A stretch of 64,000 nt of DNA from Longimicrobiales bacterium (GCA_965226375.1 CBDDCX010000007.1:352001-416000); one strand, 5' to 3'; positions 1 through 10,402 are shown, counted from the stretch's first letter. Numbers and translations: made by a program. The notes: a model not told the origin generated them from the sequence alone.

Positions 1-902
1 CGATCGAACGCGTGCTGGAGGCTGGCGGGCGCCTCCGTTTCTCCCTCGCGGAGCACATATGCAATGCGCTTCATGTCGGTGTAGAAGTTGAGGTAGCCGA
101 CCCCCCAGTCGATCATCATCAGGTCGCCCCTCTGGATGATACGGTCGCTTGATGTGGCCTCGATGCCGGTGGGCCCCGTGATGTATACCGACGGCATGTC
201 GAAGGACGATCCCAGACCGCGCTCCAGTTGCTGGTCCATCATCCACCAGGCAACGTCCTCCAGCGTCGTGACCCCCGGTGTGATGATCTCGTTCGAGAAG
301 GCGCGCTCGGCGATCTCCCTCGATATCTCGCCGGCCTGACCGAAGGCGACGATCTCGGATGCCACTCGACGCGATCGAAAGTCGGAGATGAGCTTCTGCG
401 CCGAAACCAGTCGCGACGCGTAAGGCTCCCCGAGCGTCTCCACCAAGGCTAGATACGACGTATGGGACAGACCGTCGGCCCCACCGATGGCCTCGGACAT
501 GTTGACGCCGATGCGCTGCGGGTCTCGCTCCTGGACGAATTCTCGCAGATCGTATCTACCGGTGACCATGTCGTAGGCACCGTTCTGTTCCAGCAGGTAT
601 CCGCCGACACCCAGAGCTACCCGCTCGATGCGGTCGCCGCCGCGGTCCGTGAAGATGTAGTAGGCCGTGGAGCCTACGTAGCCGCGTCCCAGATCTTCGT
701 AGAGCGGATCGAGATGGCCTTCCCGCATGACCGTGATCCACATGTCGATCTGGTTCTCGCGCATCGCTTCCGGAAGGACCAGGTCGAACTTGTCCTGGCG
801 GATCTGGGCCATCCTCTCCCATCGGCGTCGGGCCTCCTGGGCGTTGGAGATTCCCGGTTGGAGCAGGAACAGGGCCGTGAGGCATAAGACGCGTCGGAGC
901 AT
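1..902 (-). CDS. M24 family (Xaa-Pro aminopeptidase-like) metallopeptidase, secreted; 3' end runs off the window
   Basis: Hand translation from ATG at 902: MLRRVLCLTALFLLQPGISNAQEARRRWERMAQIRQDKFDLVLPEAMRENQIDMWI..., signal peptide, later IQRGDLMMIDWGVGYLNFYTDMKRIAY (M24 metal-binding region). Absent from the ORF track because it has no stop inside the window. Confidence 0.8.
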   Translation of the reverse strand, partial: MLRRVLCLTALFLLQPGISNAQEARRRWERMAQIRQDKFDLVLPEAMRENQIDMWITVMREGHLDPLYEDLGRGYVGSTAYYIFTDRGGDRIERVALGVGGYLLEQNGAYDMVTGRYDLREFVQERDPQRIGVNMSEAIGGADGLSHTSYLALVETLGEPYASRLVSAQKLISDFRSRRVASEIVAFGQAGEISREIAERAFSNEIITPGVTTLEDVAWWMMDQQLERGLGSSFDMPSVYITGPTGIEATSSDRIIQRGDLMMIDWGVGYLNFYTDMKRIAYVLREGETEAPASLQHAFD

Positions 903-940
903 GTGTATTCTCCCGATTGGAAGGTCGAATTTTTCGGTCA

Positions 941-1960
941 TCAATCGCCGGGGCCGGGCAGGGTAGCCGAGCGTGCGGCAAGGGCGAATCTCTGCACGAT
1001 GGAGTGGACCGGCTCGACACCCCGCACGCCTGATACGCTCCGCCCAGCTTGCCAGTAATCGCCGCGTCCACTGGTCGCGCGCAAGGACCGCCGCAGTTGC
1101 CACAGGGAACGTAGGGCGTAGATGGTGCGCATCCAGTGCTTGGTCCGGCGGCCGCGGAGCATCCAGCGCGCGATTGGCCCGGCCTCGAGGCCCATTCGGT
1201 GCACGTAAGGCGTGTTGATCACGGCTACAGGCACGCCCGTGAGCCGTTCGCTGTGCACGATGTCTTCTTCCACAGCGTCGCCTATGGCCTGCTTGTACTC
1301 GTCGCTGGCGGTGCATTCGTCTGTGGCGATGAACCGGGTGCCCATCTGCACACCGGCATAGCCGAGTCGAAGGGCCTCCACGAACTCCTGTTCCGTGCCG
1401 ATCCCTCCGGCGCACACCACGGGCAGACCAAGGTCGCCCACGTCGTCCAACAGCTCTCTGGTGTCGAGGCCGCCGGCGTGGCCGCCCGCACGGCTGTTCA
1501 CGCCGATGAGCCCGTGCACACCGCAGTCGACCCCCTTCTGCGCCCACTTTCTCTCGGTGACGTCATGGTAGACGCGTCCTCCGAACGGCTCCACGGCCTG
1601 AACGACCCAGTCCGGTTTGCCCAAGGACGTCACGAAGAAGCGCACGCCCTCTTCGAGGGCCACCTCGAGCCACTCCTCCATGCGTCGACGGTACGTCTTC
1701 GAGGACTGTTCGATGAGGGCGTTCATGCCGATGGGTCGATCGGTGAGCGACCGAATCTTGCGGATGCCCTCCCGGAACTGATGGCCGTGGACGTACGTGA
1801 GTGATATCGGCTGAAGCACGCCCAGTCCTCCCGCCTCCGAGGCCGCCGCCACCAACTCCGGATTCGAGCAGGGATACATGGCTCCGCAAATGATGGGCAC
1901 CCGGATCCCGGCGTCGAAGGTCAGCCGGGTCGCGATCTCGGGAACGGACTCGGCCTCCAT
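941..1960 (-). CDS. Nitronate monooxygenase / FabK-like FMN oxidoreductase
   Basis: PIICGAM, AGGHAG, VVCAGGIG and GVQMGTRFIAT motifs of the NMO/2-nitropropane dioxygenase family. Confidence 0.85.
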   Translation of the reverse strand: MEAESVPEIATRLTFDAGIRVPIICGAMYPCSNPELVAAASEAGGLGVLQPISLTYVHGHQFREGIRKIRSLTDRPIGMNALIEQSSKTYRRRMEEWLEVALEEGVRFFVTSLGKPDWVVQAVEPFGGRVYHDVTERKWAQKGVDCGVHGLIGVNSRAGGHAGGLDTRELLDDVGDLGLPVVCAGGIGTEQEFVEALRLGYAGVQMGTRFIATDECTASDEYKQAIGDAVEEDIVHSERLTGVPVAVINTPYVHRMGLEAGPIARWMLRGRRTKHWMRTIYALRSLWQLRRSLRATSGRGDYWQAGRSVSGVRGVEPVHSIVQRFALAARSATLPGPGD

Positions 1961-2442
1961 CACGGTACGGGTCCCAGGCGCCAGATGACCGAGACCCGGG
2001 CCACCGTGTCTCCCTCGGCGTCCCGGATCTCGGCGGTCGCGGTGTAATCGGCGGGATCGGTAACATCAGGCAGCTCACAACGACACTCGGCCACGAGCCT
2101 GCCCCGTGCCTTCTTCAGGTACTCGACCGACAGGCCGGTCACGATGCCCCGCACGGTCGACGGGAGGCCGGAGAACATGGCCAGGCCACTGGCGAGCTCC
2201 CCCAGATTGACCAGTGCGACGGCGTGGATGGATCGGAGGTGGTTTCGGACGCGTCGTCGGTCCCTGATCGAGAGGCGGGCGTAACCGGGCTCCAAGGCTT
2301 CGACTCGAGCCCCGATGGACCCGCTGTACGGGACCCGGAGGCGCAGGAGCCTGCTGAACAACCACCGTCCGCCCGGCAGGGCAGAGAGCCGGGCCCAGAG
2401 TGTGGTGAGGCGCGCTCCGGGCGACGCGTTGCTACGGGACAT
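1960..2442 (-). CDS. Hotdog-fold thioesterase (DUF4442/PaaI-like)
   Basis: [32 protein letters not shown]; start placed at MSRSNAS. Confidence 0.8.
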   Translation of the reverse strand: MSRSNASPGARLTTLWARLSALPGGRWLFSRLLRLRVPYSGSIGARVEALEPGYARLSIRDRRRVRNHLRSIHAVALVNLGELASGLAMFSGLPSTVRGIVTGLSVEYLKKARGRLVAECRCELPDVTDPADYTATAEIRDAEGDTVARVSVIWRLGPVP

Positions 2443-2581
2443 GAGAGGCCTGTCGAGAAAGCTACAGCCGTTCCGAGGGGCCAAGATACGGCCCCGAAAC
2501 GACTCCCGTCACGGGAGCCCGACCATCCGAGGCCGTGCGGTGTACGCTCGAAGGATGGGGACCCCTACAGGGACAGACGAA

Positions 2582-2761
2582 ATGACCCTCGAGATGCGTA
2601 GTAACTGCGAGGGCTGCCAGAGCGCCCTCGGTATGGGCGACGAGGCCCATATCTGCAGTTACGAGTGTACGTTCTGTCCTTCGTGTGCGGAGGTTATGGA
2701 CCTGCTGTGTCCCAACTGCGGAGGTGAACTGGTAACGCGCCCCCGTCGTCATCAGCAGTAG
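2582..2761 (+). CDS. DUF1272 family small Cys-rich protein
   Basis: MTLEMRSNCEGC...ICSYECTFCPSC...CPNCGGELVTRPRR is the characteristic DUF1272 signature. Confidence 0.9.
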   Translation: MTLEMRSNCEGCQSALGMGDEAHICSYECTFCPSCAEVMDLLCPNCGGELVTRPRRHQQ

Positions 2762-2788
2762 TGTGGTGATCGCCGGCAGCGTGGGAGG

Positions 2789-3082
2789 GTGAGCATGGTC
2801 AGTGGATTACTGGGGTCCGTGGTCTGGGTGGCGGCCAACTTCGCCTACTGTGCGTATGTACGAGACGACGAGCGCGGCTTCAAGCGTTTCGCCGCGTTCT
2901 GGCTTGGCTTTCCGATCACCCTCATCTCCATGTTCGTAGCGCCGCATATGCGGCGCATGCGGGTGCCGCGGCGAAGCGAGGTGGAGGAGGACCACAAGCT
3001 CTTGCTGGAGATCAGAAGGGACCGTGCCCTCAGGGAGGGTCGGACCTATGAGACACGCTCGAGCGAGACCGCCGGGGAATAG
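2789..3082 (+). CDS. Small hypothetical membrane protein
   Basis: Two hydrophobic stretches and a charged tail; GGGAGG just upstream; fits the gap between genes. Confidence 0.55.
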   Translation: MSMVSGLLGSVVWVAANFAYCAYVRDDERGFKRFAAFWLGFPITLISMFVAPHMRRMRVPRRSEVEEDHKLLLEIRRDRALREGRTYETRSSETAGE

Positions 3083-3275
3083 GGCTCCGGTGAAGACGGG
3101 TGAGCTCGACGCCGCCGGGGATGTCTTCCTCGTGGTGACGCGGACCTTCGAAAGGGCCTGAATCGGGGCGTCCGATTGGTCGGTGCAAAAGTGTTATCGT
3201 TCTCGGACCGCGCCGGACCCTCGGGGCCCGGCGCGGTCCTCTGCTCGTCCGGTGCCACCTAGATTCTTCCTGCTC

Positions 3276-4658
3276 ATGCGCGTCGTCCGCCAAATGATCC
3301 CGGGGAGGGCCGACTTCGCCTCTCTGCTCCGCCTGGCCATGCCCGTTGCGGCGGTCCAGGTGGGCGTCATGATGATGGGGGCTGTGGACACGGTGATGGT
3401 CGGCCACCTCTCGGCCCGCGACCTCGCGGCCGTCGCCCTGGGCAATCTGTACTTCTTCCTGACGGCGAGCTTCGGGCTCGGCACGCTCTTTGCGTTGGAT
3501 CCCGTGATATCCCAGGCCTTTGGTGCTGGAGACAGAGCCGGAATCGCTCGAGGTATTCAGCGCGGGTTCGTCATGGCCGCCATCCTGTCCCTCTTTGCGT
3601 CGCTGTTGCTGACGCCCGGGTTGCCGTTTCTCACCTTCCTGCGTCAGCCTCCGGACGTGATCCCGATCGCCGCGGAATACGCCCTGGTCTCGATCCCGGG
3701 CGTGTTGCCGTTCTACGGTTTCATCGTGTTACGGCAGAGCCTGCAGTCCATGGGCAAGGTCGCCCCTATCGTGGCCGTCATCGTGATGGCCAACCTCGCA
3801 AACGTCTTCTTCAACTGGGTGCTGATCTTTGGCAACCTGGGTTTTCCGGCCATGGGCGCAGTGGGATCCGGATGGGCCACCACACTCAGCAGATGGGTCA
3901 TGCTGGTGGCGCTGCTGGGAGTCGCCTGGCCGGTCCTGCGGCTCTACCTCTGGCCGCTACGCCCCGGAGCGATGGCCTTCGCACCGCTGCGCCGCATGTT
4001 CCGTCTCGGAGCTCCCATCGGAGCCCAATTCTTTCTCGAGTTCGGCGTGTTCGGGGTCATCGGAATTGCCATGGGATGGTTGGGCACGATCCCCATGGCG
4101 AGCCACCAGGTGGCCATCAACCTGGCAAGCCTGACCTTCATGGCGGCGGTGGGTGTCACCCAGGCGTCCGCTGTCCTGGTGGGACAGGCCGTGGGAGCGG
4201 GGGATCCGGCCAAGGCTCGGCGCTCCGCCGGGGCAGGCCTCCTCTTCGTCGCGGGGATGATGATCTTCTTCGGCGTAACGTTCCTGACACTTCCCCAGAT
4301 GTTGGCGCGCATCTACAGCACGGACATGGTGGTCGTCGGCCTGGCGGCTACGCTCATTCCGGTGGCGGGAGTGTTCCAGGTGTTCGACGGGCTGCAGGCC
4401 GTGGCCTCGGGTGTTCTACGCGGAGTCGGTGACACGCTGGCGCCCATGGTCGTGAACCTGGTGGGCTTCTGGCTCATCGGCCTACCGATCAGTATCTACC
4501 TCGGCTTCCGAGCGGGCCTCGGTCCGCTGGGGCTCTGGTGGGGAATGGCCGCCGGTCTGGCTGCGGTCTCACTGTTTCTGCTGGCGCGAGTACGGATTCG
4601 TTTCGCTCGGGACCTCACCAGGCTCCACATCGAGGAAAACGTAGAGATCGAAGCTTAG
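3276..4658 (+). CDS. MATE family efflux transporter (NorM-like)
   Basis: DTVMVGHL, DLAAVALG, LGAPIGAQFFLE, FQVFDGLQAVASGVLRGVGDT; about 12 TM segments; start uncertain. Confidence 0.92.
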   Translation: MRVVRQMIPGRADFASLLRLAMPVAAVQVGVMMMGAVDTVMVGHLSARDLAAVALGNLYFFLTASFGLGTLFALDPVISQAFGAGDRAGIARGIQRGFVMAAILSLFASLLLTPGLPFLTFLRQPPDVIPIAAEYALVSIPGVLPFYGFIVLRQSLQSMGKVAPIVAVIVMANLANVFFNWVLIFGNLGFPAMGAVGSGWATTLSRWVMLVALLGVAWPVLRLYLWPLRPGAMAFAPLRRMFRLGAPIGAQFFLEFGVFGVIGIAMGWLGTIPMASHQVAINLASLTFMAAVGVTQASAVLVGQAVGAGDPAKARRSAGAGLLFVAGMMIFFGVTFLTLPQMLARIYSTDMVVVGLAATLIPVAGVFQVFDGLQAVASGVLRGVGDTLAPMVVNLVGFWLIGLPISIYLGFRAGLGPLGLWWGMAAGLAAVSLFLLARVRIRFARDLTRLHIEENVEIEA

Positions 4659-4668
4659 ACCGGGGCGA

Positions 4669-7062
4669 TCAGCTCTCGCCGGTCGGGTCGCCGTCTCGCC
4701 GGGTCTCTCCGAGTAGCTCTTCCATTTCCGCTTCTGTGAGCCCGATGCTGTCGAAATCGACGTCGTCGTGGTTCGCCTCGACGGACGACGAACCGGGCTC
4801 CGCCGTGGCGGGGGGCGTGGTCGGCTTGGGCGCGGCGTCCGCCTTGGGAGACACCTTGTCCGATGGCTTGGTCGTGGCCCGATCAGGTCCTTCGGACTGC
4901 GCTTGGGTAGCGGCCTTGGGCGCCGTCCCCTCCGGGGCCTCGGACGTGGTCGGGTCGGATCGCTTCGGTGCGGCGTCGTCCTGTTTCTCCGGGATCGCCG
5001 TGGTAATGGGCTCGCCCCGCCAAACGCCGAGCACCTCGATCAGCTCCTTGCTGTCCCGGGATCGGAAGAAGTATGCCCGCCCCTTTACCGGCCGCAGATA
5101 GATGCCGGGACGGAGCAGTCCCACAGTCATTGGAAAACAGCTGAAGAGATCCTTTCTGAGCCAGACCTTGTGAAAACGTCGTAAGGAAATCTCCTCTAGA
5201 TCTTCGGGTTTGAAAATCCGTGAGCGATAGGCGAGCGACTTGACCCTTAGGTGATCCGGAAAGACCAGGAGCTTTCTTGGAAGCCGAGACAGGTAGAGTA
5301 GAAACAGCGTCAGGACCGAGACGAGCATGAGGGCATAACTCGCCGTCTGGATCGTGTAGTCATCGACCGTCACTACACGGGCGAGCGTAAGCCACTGAAA
5401 ACCGAAGAAGGTGACTCGGGCCAGGACCAGGCCTGCTCCCCCGAGGACCAGGAACGCCACGATCCTGAAGACGACGGGCACCCTGAAGCGAGCCACATAC
5501 CGGATGTCTTTCATGGTGACCGAACTGGTGAGGCTCCACCCCACGATTCGAACCGTCGCCCAAATCAGGCCCAGGAGAGCGACCACAATCAGCTCCTGGC
5601 TGATCGGATGGCGGCGCAGGACCGACAGCACCTGTCGTTCTGCCACCAGGTTACGCGCAGCGAACGAGGCGACCGCTTCCTGGCTGACGTCCTCGTAGAA
5701 CCCGAGAACGTCAGGGAAGTCCGAATATGTGTCCGGGTCGTAGAAGTTACGATACACCCAGAAGTTCAGGGCCTGTGACGTCTGGTTCCCACTTCGCAGC
5801 CCCTCGATGACGGCGGAGCGGTCCGCCTCGAACGCTGCCGGGTCTAGCGCGCCGGTCCGGAGGGACTGGATCTCTTCTTCGATGACCCCGAAGGCAAAGT
5901 CGTACTCGTTCTCGTCGATCAAGCCTCTCACCTGAAGGAAGGCGGCGGGCCCCCTCTTCGAGGACGCGACCTGGATACTGTAGACTGCCTTCTGATCACC
6001 ATAACGCAGGCGTTGGTTGAGGCGTCGATTGAGCAGATCCCTGGTGAAGAGAATCATGAGCTCGTCTTCGGCGCTGGCATGGAAGAACTTGTACCGAGCC
6101 GTGTACCGGACGTTGGGCTGGAAGCCCCAGAGGTAGGTGGCCCTTCTCCTGTTCGGATCCTCGATCGCGATTTCGCGAGGAGGCACGGTGCGTCGGGGGA
6201 GCACGCCGAACGTGCTGTCCGCCATTGCTAGTGCTTGGTCGCGATCCATGTCACCGACGATGGTGAGCGTCAGGGCAGCCGGTACGTAGTACGTGTCGTA
6301 GAAGCTGCGTAGATCCTCTGGTGTGATCCCTTGAAGCCTGGCCCAGCGGTCCAGGGGTCGCAGTCCCCGGGTGTCCATCCCGTACTCTCGCTGCCAGAAG
6401 TCCGGCGGCAGGAGGAGCGACGGATTGAGGAACGCCCAAACATGCTCGAAGACCTCTCGGGGCGCTGCGTTGGTCTCGATGGCGATGGGCTGTCGATTCC
6501 GCTCCACCACCTCCGCTGCCATCGAGTGGGGAGAGACGATACGTGAAAGCCACTCGATGGCGAACAGCCCGTGCTGCTTGTCGATGGTGGCGTAGTACCA
6601 GGTGTGGTCCGCAGCGGTGAACCCGTTACGCCGCCCACCGAGACTCTCGATGGCGTCCTTGACCTCCCGCTCGGATCGACCCTCGTGGTCCGAGAAGAGC
6701 ATATGCTCCGCGAAGTGGGCCAGGCCCTCCTTGCCACGCGGGTCGGAGTGCGACCCGAACGGGATTGCCACGCTGACGGAGACGTTGGGTGCGTCGGGCA
6801 GATGTTTGTACCAGACCTTGAGTCCGTTGGCCAGAAAGTGCGTCTCGAAGCCCGCGAAGGGGTTGTCACCCGACTGGCCAATCGAATCGTTCGCCGGTTC
6901 GCCCGCCTGGCCCTGCACGTCCTGCCCCGCTTGAATAGGCGACTGTAGCTCCAGTGAGTCCGGAACCTGCACGAGCGAGTCCGGAGCCTGCGCTCGGCCG
7001 GAACCGGGCGTGATGAGCAGTCCAAGGAGGAGGGTGGCCGTGGCGGCTGATTTCGGGCTCAT
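4669..7062 (-). CDS. M16 (insulinase-like) zinc peptidase with C-terminal membrane segments
   Basis: Signal peptide (MSPKSAATATLLLGLL...AQA), LANGLKV, inverted zinc motif HFAEH, NGFT, FYDTYYVP; three hydrophobic helices after the catalytic part. Confidence 0.85.
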   Translation of the reverse strand: MSPKSAATATLLLGLLITPGSGRAQAPDSLVQVPDSLELQSPIQAGQDVQGQAGEPANDSIGQSGDNPFAGFETHFLANGLKVWYKHLPDAPNVSVSVAIPFGSHSDPRGKEGLAHFAEHMLFSDHEGRSEREVKDAIESLGGRRNGFTAADHTWYYATIDKQHGLFAIEWLSRIVSPHSMAAEVVERNRQPIAIETNAAPREVFEHVWAFLNPSLLLPPDFWQREYGMDTRGLRPLDRWARLQGITPEDLRSFYDTYYVPAALTLTIVGDMDRDQALAMADSTFGVLPRRTVPPREIAIEDPNRRRATYLWGFQPNVRYTARYKFFHASAEDELMILFTRDLLNRRLNQRLRYGDQKAVYSIQVASSKRGPAAFLQVRGLIDENEYDFAFGVIEEEIQSLRTGALDPAAFEADRSAVIEGLRSGNQTSQALNFWVYRNFYDPDTYSDFPDVLGFYEDVSQEAVASFAARNLVAERQVLSVLRRHPISQELIVVALLGLIWATVRIVGWSLTSSVTMKDIRYVARFRVPVVFRIVAFLVLGGAGLVLARVTFFGFQWLTLARVVTVDDYTIQTASYALMLVSVLTLFLLYLSRLPRKLLVFPDHLRVKSLAYRSRIFKPEDLEEISLRRFHKVWLRKDLFSCFPMTVGLLRPGIYLRPVKGRAYFFRSRDSKELIEVLGVWRGEPITTAIPEKQDDAAPKRSDPTTSEAPEGTAPKAATQAQSEGPDRATTKPSDKVSPKADAAPKPTTPPATAEPGSSSVEANHDDVDFDSIGLTEAEMEELLGETRRDGDPTGES

Positions 7063-7259
7063 TCCCGTCACTTTCGGGCGGTTAGTGGTGTGTTGTTCAG
7101 CATAGCGCGACGTCGTGGTCGAGCAAAGGAGCCGCCGTGCACCGCGATGGTTGCCGGGCCGGGAAAGCGCTGACACCTTTCGGCGCGATCCAGGCGGACC
7201 GAAGCCGGAACTGCCGGGGCTCCATAACAATAGGACGACCGAAAGCCGCATACGGTTCC

Positions 7260-7820
7260 ATGTCTTTTTCCTTCGAACGGCTCGAAATTGCCGACGTGAT
7301 CCGGATCACGCCCACGCGATACGGTGATCAGCGGGGCTTCTTCTCCGAGACGTATCGGGCATCCGCGTTCCAGGAGGGCGGCGTGCCGGACGCGTTCGTC
7401 CAGGAGAACCACGCCCGGTCCTCCCGTGGCGTCTTACGCGGGCTTCACTTCCAGGCGCCCCCCCGGGCCCAGGCCAAACTGGTGCGCGTGGTCCAGGGCC
7501 GGGTGTGGGACGTGGCGGTGGATCTGAGAGTCGGATCGCCCACGTTCGGTGGCTGGGTGGGTGGCATGCTCTCTGGAGAAGTCGGGGAGATACTCTACAT
7601 TCCGTGCGGCTTTGCTCATGGGTACGTCTGCCTGAGCGAAACGTCCGAACTGGTCTACAAGGTCTCCTCGGAGTTCGATGCGGCGCTCGACGGAGGCATC
7701 GCCTGGGATGATCCTACGGTAGGCATCGACTGGCCCATCGGCGATCCGATCCTCTCGGAGCGTGATCGGGGCCTGCCTCTGCTCCACGACGTGATCAGTC
7801 CGTTCCGGTACGAAGGATGA
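7260..7820 (+). CDS. rfbC: dTDP-4-dehydrorhamnose 3,5-epimerase
   Basis: DQRGFFSETY, FVQENH, GVLRGLHFQ, QAKLVRV, DVAVDLR, GFAHG. Confidence 0.95.
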   Translation: MSFSFERLEIADVIRITPTRYGDQRGFFSETYRASAFQEGGVPDAFVQENHARSSRGVLRGLHFQAPPRAQAKLVRVVQGRVWDVAVDLRVGSPTFGGWVGGMLSGEVGEILYIPCGFAHGYVCLSETSELVYKVSSEFDAALDGGIAWDDPTVGIDWPIGDPILSERDRGLPLLHDVISPFRYEG

Positions 7821-8209
7821 CGGCGTCAGCGTCGCAGGCGAGCGGAGCGAGTCCCGAGGTCCTACCCGGCCAGGGGGAACCTTGGATCGAGAGTCGAGAG
7901 GGGATGTTCTTCTTCGTCAACGCCCTCTTCGTCATCCCGGAGTACTGCGTGCTTTTTCCACTGGGGCTACGAACACTGCTCAGGGGACTGAGGCTGTCCT
8001 CGAGTCCATCGGTATTCCTGGATACGTTACCTGCTCTGGCGAACCACTTTCTGCCCTATGTCGGATGGCTTCTTCTCCTGCCCATCGGGCTCGTCTTCCG
8101 CAACCTCAAGCTGGATCGAAGTAGGTTGCGGCGCGGTGCGTTGGTACTGTTCCTGATCTCCCATGTGGGTTTCCTGGGCTATACCGTCCACCTGTGGTTC
8201 GGAGTCTAG
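7817..8209 (+). CDS. Hypothetical membrane protein
   Basis: Three hydrophobic segments; ATGA overlap with the rfbC stop. Confidence 0.6.
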   Translation: MTASASQASGASPEVLPGQGEPWIESREGMFFFVNALFVIPEYCVLFPLGLRTLLRGLRLSSSPSVFLDTLPALANHFLPYVGWLLLLPIGLVFRNLKLDRSRLRRGALVLFLISHVGFLGYTVHLWFGV

Positions 8210-8214
8210 GCGAC

Positions 8215-8877
8215 GTGGAAGAGCACCACATCGAAGTGGCCAAGGCGGCCCGCTATTTCACATTGGGCACCGCCGGGCCCGACACGCAGCAGGTATGGCT
8301 CGTCTGCCACGGGTATCGACAGCTTGCGGCGCGTTTTCTTCGCCGATTCCAGGGACTGGACGACGGCACCCGGGTGATCGTGGCGCCTGAGGGTCTATCG
8401 CGTTTTTACCTGGACGACGGCACGCGACAACACGGGGCGAGCGCTCCCGTCGGTGCCACCTGGATGACCCGTGAAGACCGTCTCAGCGAGATCGGTGATT
8501 ATGTCCGGTACCTCGACGCGGTCTTGGGCCGGGTGCAGGGGGAACTGGGTGGAACGACCGAGGACCTGATCGTGCTCGGCTTCTCGCAGGGAGTCCATAC
8601 CGCTTGTCGGTGGATGATCTCAGGGGAGATGCCCGTGCAGAAGCTGATCTGTTGGGGTGCCTATCCGCCGGACGACCTGGACCCGGAACGAGGTCCGAAG
8701 CGCCTTTCCGACACCGACCTGGTGCTGGCTCGTGGAATGTCGGATCACCATGTCTCGGAGGAGGCTCATCGACGGCAAGAGGCACGTTTGACCGAGATGG
8801 ACATTCCGTTCCGCACGCGGACACATGCCGGCGGCCACGAACTGGATGCCGATCTCCTCCGGGAGCTGGCGGAGTGA
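8215..8877 (+). CDS. Alpha/beta hydrolase (phospholipase/carboxylesterase-like)
   Basis: HGY oxyanion loop, GFSQG nucleophile elbow, GMSD and GGH triad motifs. Confidence 0.85.
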   Translation: MEEHHIEVAKAARYFTLGTAGPDTQQVWLVCHGYRQLAARFLRRFQGLDDGTRVIVAPEGLSRFYLDDGTRQHGASAPVGATWMTREDRLSEIGDYVRYLDAVLGRVQGELGGTTEDLIVLGFSQGVHTACRWMISGEMPVQKLICWGAYPPDDLDPERGPKRLSDTDLVLARGMSDHHVSEEAHRRQEARLTEMDIPFRTRTHAGGHELDADLLRELAE

Positions 8878-8913
8878 GCGCTAGTGTCCTGAGTCAGGAC
8901 ACTGGGTTTTGCC

Positions 8914-9858
8914 TCAGAACTCGCCCACGAAGGTGATCTCCGGAACCAGGTGATAGCCCTGTTCGCGGGCCACGGTCTCCTGAGCCAGGTCGATGAGCGC
9001 TCGTACGTCGGTGGCGGTGGCCCCCCCGAGGTTGACGATGATGTTGGCGTGTGAGGCGAAGATCTGAGCGTCGCCGTTTATGTGTCCCTTCAGACCGCAT
9101 TGATCGATGAGTCGTCCCGCGCCGATGCCTTCGATCTTCTGGAAGATGGACCCGGCGCTGGGTTGCTGCCGCAGGTCGGGATGGCGCCCCCGGCGCCATT
9201 CAAGATTCTCTCTCATGACCCGGCGGAGCTCTTCTTCCGGCGCTGGAGCGAGGCGAAAGTCGACCGACAGGACGATGTCGTCTCGATCGTGCAGGATGCT
9301 TTGATCGTACCCGAATTCAAAGTAGCTCCGGTCCACGCTTCGCCGCTCGCCCTCCTCGCTCAGGATGTCGGCTGCTTCGACGATCTCCTCGATGAACACC
9401 GTGCGTTCCCGTTCGGGGGCAGGGGACAGGAAGTGCAGATTCTGCCAGATGGCGCCACCCACCGTGCTCGGGATTCCGACGAAGTGATGGAGGCCAGCCA
9501 GCCCCCGTCCGACGGTGGCTTCGATGAGGTCCGGGTAGGTCTCGACGCCGGAGCCGGCCCTCACCAGATCGGACTCGATAAAGTCGACCCCTCCTACTTC
9601 GCAGTGGATCACCACGCCCCTGAAGCCACCGTCACCAACGAGCACGTTAGCACCCTTGCCGAGCAGGAAGTGGGGGATCCCGAGCTCGCGGACGGACAGG
9701 ACGGCCTCTGCGAGCTCGTCCGCCGTGCGGGCACGAAAAAGCCGATCCGCCGGGCCGCCGATCTGAAACGTGGTGAGGGGTGCCAAGGGCACATCGACCT
9801 CCAGCCGCCCCGAGCCCAGTCTCCGCTCGAGCTCGCTGAAGGGTTGGGGGTTCGACAT
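8914..9858 (-). CDS. murB: UDP-N-acetylenolpyruvoylglucosamine reductase
   Basis: TTFQIGGPAD, LGKGANVLVGDGG, GIPSTVGGA, PSAGSIF, HANIIVN. Confidence 0.9.
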   Translation of the reverse strand: MSNPQPFSELERRLGSGRLEVDVPLAPLTTFQIGGPADRLFRARTADELAEAVLSVRELGIPHFLLGKGANVLVGDGGFRGVVIHCEVGGVDFIESDLVRAGSGVETYPDLIEATVGRGLAGLHHFVGIPSTVGGAIWQNLHFLSPAPERERTVFIEEIVEAADILSEEGERRSVDRSYFEFGYDQSILHDRDDIVLSVDFRLAPAPEEELRRVMRENLEWRRGRHPDLRQQPSAGSIFQKIEGIGAGRLIDQCGLKGHINGDAQIFASHANIIVNLGGATATDVRALIDLAQETVAREQGYHLVPEITFVGEF

Positions 9859-10046
9859 CTTTCTCCGGTCTCTCTCGTGATCGGCATCTGGCTTGGCCGC
9901 GGCAAGATAGGTTAGCGTCAGGCACTTCGGAAACGGACACTGGCTGGGTGCTCGAGGAACTAGACCTTGCAGGAAGTGGGCCAGCGAGTCGGCGGTGATC
10001 AGGCCGCCGCGGTTACCGGAGCCGGAGCAACCGGAGGTTCAGCCAG

Positions 10047-10400
10047 GTGCACTACACGGTCGTCTACGACGGAGATTGCTCCGTCTGCAATCGGTTTGCA
10101 GACGGTCTGACACGGTGGGATCGCGAAGAGATTCTCGAAATCGTTCCCTCCCAGAAGACCGGCGTGAAGGACCGCTTTCCCTGGATCACGCCGGAGGCCT
10201 TCGAGGCGTCGATCCAGCTCGTCGCGTCCGATGGCACCACCTGGTCCGGGGCGGCCGCTTTGGAGACGCTCCTGGGCATTCTACCCCGAGGGCGCTGGCT
10301 CGGCTGGGTGTTTGGAATCCCCTGCGTGCGTCCCGCTGCAGAGTGGAGCTACCGTCTGTTCGCCGGCAACCGCCGCCGCATGGGGTGTCGAATCAGGTAG
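10047..10400 (+). CDS. DCC1/DUF393 thiol-disulfide oxidoreductase family protein
   Basis: VVYDGDCSVC (DxxCxxC) at the N-terminus; YRLFAGNR near the C-terminus. Confidence 0.88.
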   Translation: MHYTVVYDGDCSVCNRFADGLTRWDREEILEIVPSQKTGVKDRFPWITPEAFEASIQLVASDGTTWSGAAALETLLGILPRGRWLGWVFGIPCVRPAAEWSYRLFAGNRRRMGCRIR

Positions 10401-10402
10401 TG

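Noticed and set aside
9920..10046. Hairpins between murB and the DUF393 gene as a possible ncRNA
   Set aside because: Only short GC stems; no SRP, tRNA or riboswitch motif recognised
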